Positions 50,956-59,367 of a DNA stretch of 64,000 nucleotides are shown here, piece after piece. The DNA is from a virus: IMG/VR virus record IMGVR_UViG_3300023174_000062; one strand, 5' to 3'. The number at the start of each line of letters is the position of its first letter. Within the stretch, counting starts at the first letter, position 1. The notes beneath the pieces were generated by a model that was given only the letters and a program-made list of their open reading frames with translations, ran no database searches and was not told the DNA's origin. The position numbers and the translations under genes were made by a program.

Positions 50956-51587
50956 TTTTCTCACATAAAACATTACGTAATTTTGGATATATGGAATTCA
51001 AATTTAATGAATTTGAATTGAAACCAATTCACGATGAAATTCGAGAAATTCAAAATGAGAATTTTACTAGACACCGTGCAGATGTTCAATTGGTTTCAAA
51101 TTTTGCAAATGAGTACACGCTACCAAAATGCCATGACTACGTTGAAAAACTTTTGAAACCATATGCTCTAGATTATTTTAGAAATTCTGAATTGTGGTCA
51201 AACAACTTAGTTACAGATGACCATGAAGTAAATACGAATATTAAGATGACTCCTTTATGGGTTAATTTTCAAAAGAAGTATGAATTTAATCCAATCCATA
51301 GGCATAGTGGAGTTCTTAGTTTTGTTATTTGGATTGATATTCCATATAGAAAAGAAGATGAGAAATATATAAAATCAGACAATTCGGTTGCGGCCGCACC
51401 TGGATGTTTTAGTTTTGTATATACTGATATTTTGGGTGGTGTAAAAACACATTGGATCCCAGCAGATTGCACTTACAACAATACGATGGTTCTTTTTCCT
51501 GCTGGACTAAATCATTGTGTATATCCATTTTACACTTCAGACAAGTATAGAATTTCTGTCGCAGGAAATTTCTCTCTTGCAATATAA
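50952..51587 (+). CDS. 2OG-Fe(II) oxygenase (TIGR02466-like), paralogue 1
   Basis: WVNFQKKYEFNPIH.HSG.LSFVIW; LFPA.LNH.VYPF......RIS.AGN. Confidence 0.85.
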   Translation: MIFSHKTLRNFGYMEFKFNEFELKPIHDEIREIQNENFTRHRADVQLVSNFANEYTLPKCHDYVEKLLKPYALDYFRNSELWSNNLVTDDHEVNTNIKMTPLWVNFQKKYEFNPIHRHSGVLSFVIWIDIPYRKEDEKYIKSDNSVAAAPGCFSFVYTDILGGVKTHWIPADCTYNNTMVLFPAGLNHCVYPFYTSDKYRISVAGNFSLAI

Positions 51588-51600
51588 AGGAGAAAATAAT

Positions 51601-52278
51601 ATGAAAAAAAATGAATTTGAATTTGAATTTGGTGAGTTTCACAATTTAGGATTTATTGGATTGCAATTGTCTGAAGAACAACTAAAACCAATTCGAAATG
51701 AAGTTGAAACAATTCGTAAAAATTTCAAAGGCCATTTAAAGATAAACAAAGAGTTGGCAGGAAATATTGAACATGAGTATGAATTAAACAAATGTAAAAG
51801 TCATATCTTCAGTATACTTATGCCATTGATGGCTCAGTACATTGAACGTTGGGGCGTCTTCAATAAAATTGGTATGTTGACGAATGATGTTCCAATGGTA
51901 CTTAGTAGTCTATGGGTTAATTTTCAAAAGAAACATGAATTTAATCCTCCTCATGTGCATCAAGGCTTAGCAAGTTTTGTTATATGGCTTGATACTCCAT
52001 TTTCAATGGAAGATGAATTGAATACTCTATCAAGTAAAGATGCCGCTATTAAAATTCCTGGACATTTTCAGTTTCTATATACGGACTCACAAGGACATAT
52101 TCGTCAATGCAATATGCCAGTAGACAAAACATGGAATGGAAGAATGGTTCTCTTTCCTTCAACTATGGTACATGCTGTATATCCATTTTCTACTTCCGAT
52201 GAGTATAGAATAAGTATTTCTGGTAACGTTAAACTAGATACAAGTAAATCTAAAATATCAAATTACAATATGAGATGA
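51601..52278 (+). CDS. 2OG-Fe(II) oxygenase (TIGR02466-like), paralogue 2
   Basis: WVNFQKKHEFNPPH.H.G..SFVIW; LFPS.M.H.VYPF......RISISGN; ATG at 51601 after AAGGAG. Confidence 0.85.
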   Translation: MKKNEFEFEFGEFHNLGFIGLQLSEEQLKPIRNEVETIRKNFKGHLKINKELAGNIEHEYELNKCKSHIFSILMPLMAQYIERWGVFNKIGMLTNDVPMVLSSLWVNFQKKHEFNPPHVHQGLASFVIWLDTPFSMEDELNTLSSKDAAIKIPGHFQFLYTDSQGHIRQCNMPVDKTWNGRMVLFPSTMVHAVYPFSTSDEYRISISGNVKLDTSKSKISNYNMR

Positions 52279-52862
52279 GTTTATATTTTACTAATCACAT
52301 TGTTTCACCTTTATCTCAAGATGTTATAGATGATCTTAGAAAGTTTGACTGGCACACAATCATAGATAAAGGAAATAAATTAGAAGACTTGAATGATAGA
52401 CAATGGAGATTCATCAAAGGCTTGGTTATAGAATTGATTGTGGAGAAGTATAGTGGAGAAGATGGACTAACTTATGTTGGAGATTCATTCAAAGATTATT
52501 TTTGGAAAAAATATAATCTAACTGTAGAATTAAAAAGTGGTTTGTCTGGAAGCATGTATGGTAAAAAAGGAAATTTAAATAAAAATTTCAACATCAAACT
52601 TAACAACAGTAACGGCACCAATAAAAAATCTACATTAGAACTAAGTGAAGTTGCCGACATATTGCTTGTAATCAAAAATGACGGAGCATTTGTTGTTGAC
52701 AACAATACTATAATCAGATGCAGTATGAAAAGTGGAGATGGATTTGATCTTGTATTGAATAGGGGTGACGTTACTCCTATAACTGGTAAACTATATTCAA
52801 ATACTTGTGGCGAATTGAATCTAAAAGAAAAAATTATGAATGCTATCAGAGGTGTAATCTAA
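52275..52862 (+). CDS. Hypothetical protein, possible PD-(D/E)XK restriction-endonuclease-like nuclease
   Basis: RFIKG...E...; KDY........VELKS spacing compatible with E..D..ExK; very AT-rich. Confidence 0.4.
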   Translation: MSLYFTNHIVSPLSQDVIDDLRKFDWHTIIDKGNKLEDLNDRQWRFIKGLVIELIVEKYSGEDGLTYVGDSFKDYFWKKYNLTVELKSGLSGSMYGKKGNLNKNFNIKLNNSNGTNKKSTLELSEVADILLVIKNDGAFVVDNNTIIRCSMKSGDGFDLVLNRGDVTPITGKLYSNTCGELNLKEKIMNAIRGVI

Positions 52863-52883
52863 TATTTTTTATTTTGTCCTCTG

Positions 52884-52896
52884 TAAGTTGTTGATT
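52884..52896 (-). promoter_or_regulatory. IHF-binding consensus site
   Basis: Minus strand AATCAACAACTTA = WATCAANNNNTTR, with an upstream A6 tract. Confidence 0.5.
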
Positions 52897-52984
52897 TTAA
52901 AGGGTTTTTTACTCTATTTTTGGTAAAATGTTGTTTAAATGCGACAAATGTGTTGTTTTAATGCTACACTATGTCAAATAATCG

Positions 52985-53012
52985 TTGACTTCAGTTCCTA
53001 CTGTGCTATACT
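52985..53012 (+). promoter_or_regulatory. Early sigma70-type promoter TTGACT-N16-TATACT
   Basis: Near-consensus, TGTG extended -10; SD GAGGA before 53046. Confidence 0.7.
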
Positions 53013-53045
53013 AGATACATAGATTGAGATTACAGAGGAACTTAC

Positions 53046-53645
53046 ATGTCACATATCGAACGTCCTGGTGCCTACGAAGCCGCTATCAAGCGTAACATCT
53101 TGAACAATGCTACCAAAACTTTCTACAGGACATATCCTGATGCTGGCGATATTGTCACATTCCTGAATGCTAATTACAAAAATTCGTTTTACTCAAACCT
53201 TCTTGGTTCATTGAACACTTATGGTAAGTTGACAGAAAAACAAGTCCTTGCTGTACGCAAGTCTATGGCAACAATGGCTGAACGTAAAGCGCAATGGCAA
53301 GCCGAAGCGGTTGCTAAAAATGCAACCCGTACATTCGTTGGTACTGAAAAGAAAAAGATTACTGTTACTCTTACAGTTAAAAAAGCAATTGTGGTTGAGC
53401 GTCCTCGCTTCCACTACTATGATTCTGGCACCAGCCTTCTCCGTATTTGTGAAGATGCCGCTGGCAATGTTATCGTATTCAGCGGCAATGCAGATTTTCC
53501 TGCCGAAGGCGAGACTGCCACTATCACCGCTACAGTAAAGATGCACCGCTACTATAAACAAGGTGACATTGAAGTGCCACAGACAGTTATCATCCGTCCT
53601 AAGACTGTTGCAACGGTACAACAACCTGTTGCAGAAACCGCTTGA
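53046..53645 (+). CDS. Early hypothetical protein with probable C-terminal OB-like domain
   Basis: YGKLTEKQV.AV helix; FVG...K.ITV..TV...D..GN..VF...ITATVK.H..Y....QT.I.RPK. Confidence 0.65.
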   Translation: MSHIERPGAYEAAIKRNILNNATKTFYRTYPDAGDIVTFLNANYKNSFYSNLLGSLNTYGKLTEKQVLAVRKSMATMAERKAQWQAEAVAKNATRTFVGTEKKKITVTLTVKKAIVVERPRFHYYDSGTSLLRICEDAAGNVIVFSGNADFPAEGETATITATVKMHRYYKQGDIEVPQTVIIRPKTVATVQQPVAETA

Positions 53646-53670
53646 CATTTAATTCATACTAAGTTAAGAT
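53642..53670 (+). promoter_or_regulatory. sigma70-type promoter TTGACA-N17-TAAGAT (probably leaderless transcript)
   Basis: The -10 element ends 7 nt before ATG 53677; no SD. Confidence 0.6.
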
Positions 53671-53676
53671 ACATAC

Positions 53677-55854
53677 ATGCTTAATAAACAACTTTCAAAA
53701 TCCACTTTAGCAAAGTTACTTGCTACAGAGAATATTTCGGTAGACTATCGCAAGGTGCAGACTGCATCATTCGATATCGTGAATCGCCGTCTTACTCTTC
53801 CCATTATGAATGACACCACACCAGAAATGACAGACCTTTTGGTCGGGCATGAAGTGGGTCACGCATTAGACACACCACAATCATACGTTGAATCGGCTAA
53901 GGCTGGCGGTTCTGCATTCTCTACATTCTTGAATGTGGTTGAAGATGCAAGGATCGAACGTAGAATGAAGGATCGATATCCAGGTTTGCGTAAGCCAATG
54001 GCTATTGCATATCGTCAATTTACCGAACGTGACTTCTTTGGTATCAAAGGTCAAGATGTAAACGCAATGATGTTGATTGATAGAATCAATTTGCATTTTA
54101 AACTTGGTGCTATTGCGGGCATTAAATTCAATGCAGAAGAAATGCTGTACGTTAAAGAGGTTGAAACGGCAGATTCTTTTGAGCAAGTAAAAGATATCAC
54201 CGAACGTTTGTATGCTTTTTGCAAAGCAGAGTTAGAACAAAAACGTCAAGAGGCTAAAGAAGAATTCGAAAAGCGCAAAGAGAATGGCGAATTCGATGAT
54301 GAAGATTTTGGTGACGATAGTTTCGGTGGTGATGATACTGAAGACTATGAAGACAAAAATCCAAATGATTATGATTCTGGATCCGATGACGGTGATGATG
54401 ATTTCGAATCTGAAGATCAATTCGACAATGGCTATTCTAATACGCCAACATTCGAAGATGCTATGCCTAATGAGTTGAAGGCATATGGTGATGAAGTGAA
54501 ATCTGTAACGGATGAAAAATTTCAACAAGCATTAAAAGGTCTTGCCGAAACAAAAGAAATTTATGTTGGTAAAATTGCTAGCCAATCTAAAATCAATGTA
54601 AAAGAATATGTTGTTCCGTTTAAAGAGTTAAAATTCTTTAATGATGAATTGTACAATGATCCTGAGTTGGAACCACACCAGCGTTATGATTCTACTTTGC
54701 TAACAAAATTTGAAGCCAAGAATAAAAATCCAATTGCGTATCTTGTAAAAGAATTTGAAATGAAAAAGAAAGCGGCTGAATTGCGCCGTGTAACAGTCTC
54801 CGATACTGGTACGCTGGACACCAACAAGTTGCATACTTACAAATTCAATGACGATATCTTCCGTAAGATTGGTTCTGTTGCTGAAGGTAAGAATCACGGT
54901 ATTGTGATGTTCATTGACTGGTCTGGTTCTATGCAAGATAATCTGTCTGGCACAATTGAACAGTTGATTACAATGGCAACGTTCTGCCGCAAAGTGAATA
55001 TTCCGTTTGATGTTTATGCCTTCAGTACCGAATATCAAAAGGCTAAAAAAGAATATGTTCCTGCGCCAGAAGGTCAATTGCAAATTGATAATTTTTCTCT
55101 GTTAAACATTTTGTCTAGCAGTATGAAGAATCCAACATATCGTAAATTTGCAAATGATTTGTTGCAAGTGGCTGAGGCATATCAACCTTATGTAAATCAT
55201 CGTAGAAATTACAAGTCTAGTTATATCTGTGATGGTATGGGACTTGGTGGTACTCCGTTGAATGCGACAATTCAAGTTGCATCTAATGTTGTGAATGATT
55301 TCCGTAAACGCACTCGGTCAGAAATTGTGAATGTTATCTTTTTGACTGATGGAGAAGATTCTTCTACTCTTTGGACTGATAATGAATTAGGTCGTAGTGT
55401 TCGTATCGGACCTTCTGACTTCCGTTCAGTATCTTACATTGAAGATAAAGATTCTGCAAAAACCTATCGTGTAAGTGACAAAGGTGTAACACCTACTCTG
55501 TTGGAAATTCTAAAGGATCGTACTGGTTGCAATTTGATTGGATTCTACATTCTGCCAAAAAGCAAACGTTACTTCCAAAATGCAATGGCACGTTTCAACA
55601 TGATGATGACGGATGATAAGTACAAACAATTCCGTAATGAAAAATTCTTTTCTGTTAACGGATATGGCTACTCAGAATATTTTCTGATTCCTGGTGGTGA
55701 TGATTTGTCTACCGAAGATGATTCGCTATCAGACATTCTTGGCGAAGCCAAAGATGTTTCCGCACGTAAGTTGAAAGGCGCATTCTTGAAAATGAACCAA
55801 AACCGTTTGACTAATCGTGTTCTTCTCTCTAAGGTAATCAAGGAAATTGCTTGA
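53677..55854 (+). CDS. CobT-like metallopeptidase plus vWA domain protein
   Basis: HEVGH and NVVEDARIE in N-half; MIDAS DWSGSM, GGTPL, FLTDGE in C-half; acidic linker. Confidence 0.85.
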   Translation: MLNKQLSKSTLAKLLATENISVDYRKVQTASFDIVNRRLTLPIMNDTTPEMTDLLVGHEVGHALDTPQSYVESAKAGGSAFSTFLNVVEDARIERRMKDRYPGLRKPMAIAYRQFTERDFFGIKGQDVNAMMLIDRINLHFKLGAIAGIKFNAEEMLYVKEVETADSFEQVKDITERLYAFCKAELEQKRQEAKEEFEKRKENGEFDDEDFGDDSFGGDDTEDYEDKNPNDYDSGSDDGDDDFESEDQFDNGYSNTPTFEDAMPNELKAYGDEVKSVTDEKFQQALKGLAETKEIYVGKIASQSKINVKEYVVPFKELKFFNDELYNDPELEPHQRYDSTLLTKFEAKNKNPIAYLVKEFEMKKKAAELRRVTVSDTGTLDTNKLHTYKFNDDIFRKIGSVAEGKNHGIVMFIDWSGSMQDNLSGTIEQLITMATFCRKVNIPFDVYAFSTEYQKAKKEYVPAPEGQLQIDNFSLLNILSSSMKNPTYRKFANDLLQVAEAYQPYVNHRRNYKSSYICDGMGLGGTPLNATIQVASNVVNDFRKRTRSEIVNVIFLTDGEDSSTLWTDNELGRSVRIGPSDFRSVSYIEDKDSAKTYRVSDKGVTPTLLEILKDRTGCNLIGFYILPKSKRYFQNAMARFNMMMTDDKYKQFRNEKFFSVNGYGYSEYFLIPGGDDLSTEDDSLSDILGEAKDVSARKLKGAFLKMNQNRLTNRVLLSKVIKEIA

Positions 55855-55885
55855 TGTTGCGTAAAAACAACAGTTTGAATAACCC

Positions 55886-55914
55886 TTGACTTACCATAAA
55901 TACTCTGTTATACT
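55886..55914 (+). promoter_or_regulatory. sigma70-type promoter TTGACT-N17-TATACT
   Basis: Near-consensus upstream of the AAA gene. Confidence 0.7.
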
Positions 55915-55957
55915 ACTAGTATTGAAATTGATTTTTAACTGAAAGGCAAATTATATT

Positions 55958-57145
55958 ATGATTACGCAAAGTGAAAAAATTGCATTCGTTACCGAAGCCG
56001 CCAAACGTTTCGGTGCCATTGTAACCCGCCAGCAATTGGTGACACTTTCTGAAGAGACTGGCACCAAGCGCCAGTTCTGGCTTGAAGCCGACCAGTACCG
56101 AGTTGGTCGTGGCAAGTATCAATTGCCCCTCCAAGAATTTAATGTTAACATGGCTGGTCTTGCACTAGTGCAATCCACTCCAGTTCCTTCTATGCCAATT
56201 ACTGAACCTATCAAGGCTCCTGTTGCAAAGGCAGTAGCAAAAATGTCTTCCGTTGCACGTATGCAAGAAGGCGCAATTATTCCTAAAGTGAATTCTCTAT
56301 ACGTTCCTTTTGGATTCTTTGACAACATGAAACGTATTGTTGCATCGAAGAAATTTTATCCAGTATTTGTTTCTGGTCTCTCTGGTAACGGCAAGACTTT
56401 CATGGTCGAACAAGCCTGTGCCCAATTGAAAACAGAATGTCTCCGTGTGAATATTTCACCAGAGACTGATGAAGATGATTTGATTGGTGGTTTCCGTTTG
56501 ATTGACGGTGAGACAAAATGGTTTGATGGTCCAGTTGTTCAAGCAATGAAGTCTGGCGCCGTTTTGATTCTTGATGAAATTGATCGTGGTTCAAATAAAC
56601 TAATGTGCTTGCAAGGTGTACTTGAAGGCAAAGGTTTGTTTGTTAAAAAGACTGGTGAGTTTGTTGAGCCAATGCAAGGTTTCAACGTTATCGCTACTGC
56701 AAACACCAAAGGTAAAGGTGATGAATCTGGTCGCTATATGGCCGCTACAATTCTTGATGATGCGTTCCTTGAGCGTTTCCCAATTACTGTAGAACAAGAA
56801 TATCCTGATGTTAAAGTTGAAACAAAGATTTTGACTAAGTTGTTTACCAGCCTTGGTATTGATGACAAAGCATTCGCAGAAAATCTTGTGAAGTGGGCTG
56901 ATATCATTCGTAAGACTTTCGAAGAAGGTGCTATCGATGAATTGATTTCTACTCGCCGTTTGTCGCACATTGCTGAAGCCTATACTATCTTCAATGATAA
57001 GATGGAAGCAATTAAGTATTGTATCAACCGCTTTGATGCAGAGACTAAAACTTCATTCCTTGATTTGTATACCAAGATTGATGCTGGCATTGATCCTACT
57101 GCGGAAGTGACACCTGCGCCAGCAGTTGATGACGTACCGTTCTAA
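55958..57145 (+). CDS. cobS: MoxR/CobS-like AAA+ ATPase
   Basis: GLSGNGKT, ETDEDDLIGGFRL, LILDEID, ATANTKG, LDDAFLERF, ISTRRL; paired with vWA gene. Confidence 0.85.
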   Translation: MITQSEKIAFVTEAAKRFGAIVTRQQLVTLSEETGTKRQFWLEADQYRVGRGKYQLPLQEFNVNMAGLALVQSTPVPSMPITEPIKAPVAKAVAKMSSVARMQEGAIIPKVNSLYVPFGFFDNMKRIVASKKFYPVFVSGLSGNGKTFMVEQACAQLKTECLRVNISPETDEDDLIGGFRLIDGETKWFDGPVVQAMKSGAVLILDEIDRGSNKLMCLQGVLEGKGLFVKKTGEFVEPMQGFNVIATANTKGKGDESGRYMAATILDDAFLERFPITVEQEYPDVKVETKILTKLFTSLGIDDKAFAENLVKWADIIRKTFEEGAIDELISTRRLSHIAEAYTIFNDKMEAIKYCINRFDAETKTSFLDLYTKIDAGIDPTAEVTPAPAVDDVPF

Positions 57146-57166
57146 ATCTCCTGGCAGTAATGCCTT

Positions 57167-57195
57167 AGAGGCTACTTGACGTAGCCTCTTTTTTT
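57167..57195 (+). terminator. Rho-independent terminator overlapping a sigma70 promoter
   Basis: AGAGGCTAC-ttgac-GTAGCCTCT then T-tract; TTGACG(57176)-N17-TATAAT(57199). Confidence 0.85.
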
Positions 57196-57236
57196 ATATA
57201 TAATAGTGAGATAATTTTTAATAATATGGAGAATTT

Positions 57237-58094
57237 ATGGAATTTGAATTGAACATTCAGCAATTAAGAACTAAAAAACTTTTTATTGCGACACCAATGT
57301 ATGGCGGACAATGCCATGGTGCATACACAAAAGCAATCACCGATCTTATGGTACTATGTACCAAGTATGGTATTGAAGCCAAACTCTTTTTCATCTTCAA
57401 CGAATCACTAGTGCAACGTGCTAGGAATTATTTGACGGATGAATTTGTTCGTAGTGGATTCGATTATATGCTTTTCATCGATAGCGATATTCACTTTGAA
57501 GCGCAAGACGTTTTAGTGATGATGCACTTTGCGGTAACCCGTGAAGATATGGATGTTGTTTGTGCGCCATATCCAAAGAAAGCAATTTCTTGGGAGAAAA
57601 TTAAAGTTGCAGTTGACAAAGGATTCGCAGATGCTAATCCAAATCAATTGGAAGAATTTGTTGGTGACTACGTTTTCAATCCAGCAGATGGTGTTACTCA
57701 ATTCCGAATTGATGAACCAATCGAAGTGAAAGAAAGTGGTACAGGCTTTATGCTTATCACACGTACTGCACTTGAAAAATATGATGTTGCATTCCCAACA
57801 CAAAGTTATAAGCCAGATCATGTGCGTACAGAAAACTTTGATGGTAGCCGAGAAATCATGGCGTACTTTGATTGCGTTATTTGTCCAGATACAAAACGTT
57901 ATCTCTCAGAAGATTACATGTTCTGTCAATGGATGCGTAAAGCAGGTGGTAAGGTTTGGTTGCTTCCATGGATTCGTTTGAAACATGCTGGTAGTTATAT
58001 CTTTGGTGGTTCTTTGCAAGCACTTGCGGCTATCAATGCATCACCAACCGCCGATGCTACAGCAGTTAAAAGAAGTGTTACTGCACTAAGATGA
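57237..58094 (+). CDS. GT-A fold glycosyltransferase-like protein
   Basis: LFIATPMYGG; NESLVQRARN; LFIDSDI (DxD); GTGFMLI; YLSEDY.FC; L.H.G. Confidence 0.75.
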   Translation: MEFELNIQQLRTKKLFIATPMYGGQCHGAYTKAITDLMVLCTKYGIEAKLFFIFNESLVQRARNYLTDEFVRSGFDYMLFIDSDIHFEAQDVLVMMHFAVTREDMDVVCAPYPKKAISWEKIKVAVDKGFADANPNQLEEFVGDYVFNPADGVTQFRIDEPIEVKESGTGFMLITRTALEKYDVAFPTQSYKPDHVRTENFDGSREIMAYFDCVICPDTKRYLSEDYMFCQWMRKAGGKVWLLPWIRLKHAGSYIFGGSLQALAAINASPTADATAVKRSVTALR

Positions 58095-58378
58095 TAGACT
58101 ATCGATATAATGAAGATAAGACTTTGGAGGAACTGAAGTCTTATATTGACGCAACATACGGGCAACATTATTCCCGTGACAAATTCCAAGCAACAGAATT
58201 CATCATCGATGGTGGACATGGTGAAGGATTCTGTATCGGGAACGTGCTGAAATATGCACAAAGGTATGGCAAGAAAGACGGCCGCAATCGTAAAGACTTG
58301 CTTAAAATTTTACACTATGCTATAATCATGCTACACGTACATGACTTGAATGAAGGAAAACAAAATGAAACTAAGTGA
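58091..58378 (+). CDS. DUF3310-like protein
   Basis: TY..HYS; GFC.GNVLKYAQRYGKK.G...DLLKI.HY. Confidence 0.75.
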   Translation: MIDYRYNEDKTLEELKSYIDATYGQHYSRDKFQATEFIIDGGHGEGFCIGNVLKYAQRYGKKDGRNRKDLLKILHYAIIMLHVHDLNEGKQNETK

Positions 58379-59036
58379 ATCAACAATCAACGTTCTTAAA
58401 AACTTTGCTACCATTAATGCTGGTATGCAATTTAAAGAAGGCTCTGTAGTGCGAACTATCTCCAAAGGACAGAACGTACTAGGCAAAGCAACAGTAACGG
58501 AAGCATTCGAAAAAGATTTTGTCATTTATGATTTGAATCGTTTCTTGTCTCTCTGTGGTTCTTTGACTGACCCTGAGATTGTTATCAATAGTGATAGCAA
58601 TAATCTCACAATCAAATCTGGAACATCCAAGACAACATATGGTCTTGCAGATGAATCTATGATTATTGCACCGCCAGCAAAAGAGATTAAAGTAGAAAAT
58701 GCCGAAGTGAATTTTCGACTGACAAAAGATGACTTGAATCAAGTATTGAAGTTGTCTGGCATCTTGGGTCTTCCAAACATTGCAGTAACTGGTAATGGTT
58801 CGGAAATCTCTATCTCTGCGCTTGACGTTAAGAATGCAGACTCTGATGACTTCTCAATTAAAGTTGGTGAGACTTCAGCAAACTTCCGAATGATTTTCGT
58901 TACAGAAAATCTTAAGATGGTTCCTGGTACATATGATGTATCTATTTCGTCCAAAGGCATTTCACATTTCAAACATGCGACTGATGCAATTGAATATTGG
59001 ATTGCTACTGAAGCCGGTTCTAAGTACGAAGGTTAA
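58365..59036 (+). CDS. gp45: Sliding clamp gp45
   Basis: MKLS..T..VLKNFA.IN; F.IYDLN.FL; ENLK...G.Y.V.IS.KGIS.F; YWIA.E. Confidence 0.93.
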   Translation: MKLSESTINVLKNFATINAGMQFKEGSVVRTISKGQNVLGKATVTEAFEKDFVIYDLNRFLSLCGSLTDPEIVINSDSNNLTIKSGTSKTTYGLADESMIIAPPAKEIKVENAEVNFRLTKDDLNQVLKLSGILGLPNIAVTGNGSEISISALDVKNADSDDFSIKVGETSANFRMIFVTENLKMVPGTYDVSISSKGISHFKHATDAIEYWIATEAGSKYEG

Positions 59037-59040
59037 TATT

Positions 59041-59301
59041 ATGAGTAATGTGATTGTTCCGTCCTCTCCAGAGGACCGTAAAAAGATTCTGGATGCACTT
59101 GTCGAAATTTCAAATTCACTCACTCGCATTGAAGCGGAACGTGATTTGATTAAAGACATTCTTGTTTCGGTTGAAGATAAATTTGAGTTGCCTAAAAAGT
59201 ACACTCGCAAACTTGCAAAAATTTATCACAAACAAAACTTCACCGAGGTACAACAAGAACAAGACGATGTTGAAACCCTTTATGAGAGTGTGGCTAAGTA
59301 A
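59041..59301 (+). CDS. dsbA: T4 DsbA-like dsDNA-binding transcription regulator
   Basis: E.S..LTRIEAERD.IKDI.......LPKK...KLAK.YHKQNF......VE.LYE. Confidence 0.7.
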   Translation: MSNVIVPSSPEDRKKILDALVEISNSLTRIEAERDLIKDILVSVEDKFELPKKYTRKLAKIYHKQNFTEVQQEQDDVETLYESVAK

Positions 59302-59309
59302 CACTCAGT

Positions 59310-59338
59310 TTGCATTCTAACATGCAATGTGTTAGAAT
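59310..59338 (+). promoter_or_regulatory. sigma70-type promoter TTGCAT-N17-TAGAAT overlapped by a 9-bp inverted repeat
   Basis: ATTCTAACA-tgcaatg-TGTTAGAAT at 59314-59338. Confidence 0.55.
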
Positions 59339-59367
59339 ATATTTTTATGTTATGATAAGGTGAACAC

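Noticed and set aside
53677-57145. Cobalamin biosynthesis (CobST) auxiliary pathway
   Set aside because: No cobN or other cob genes; MoxR-vWA pairs are general chaperone modules common in T4-like phages
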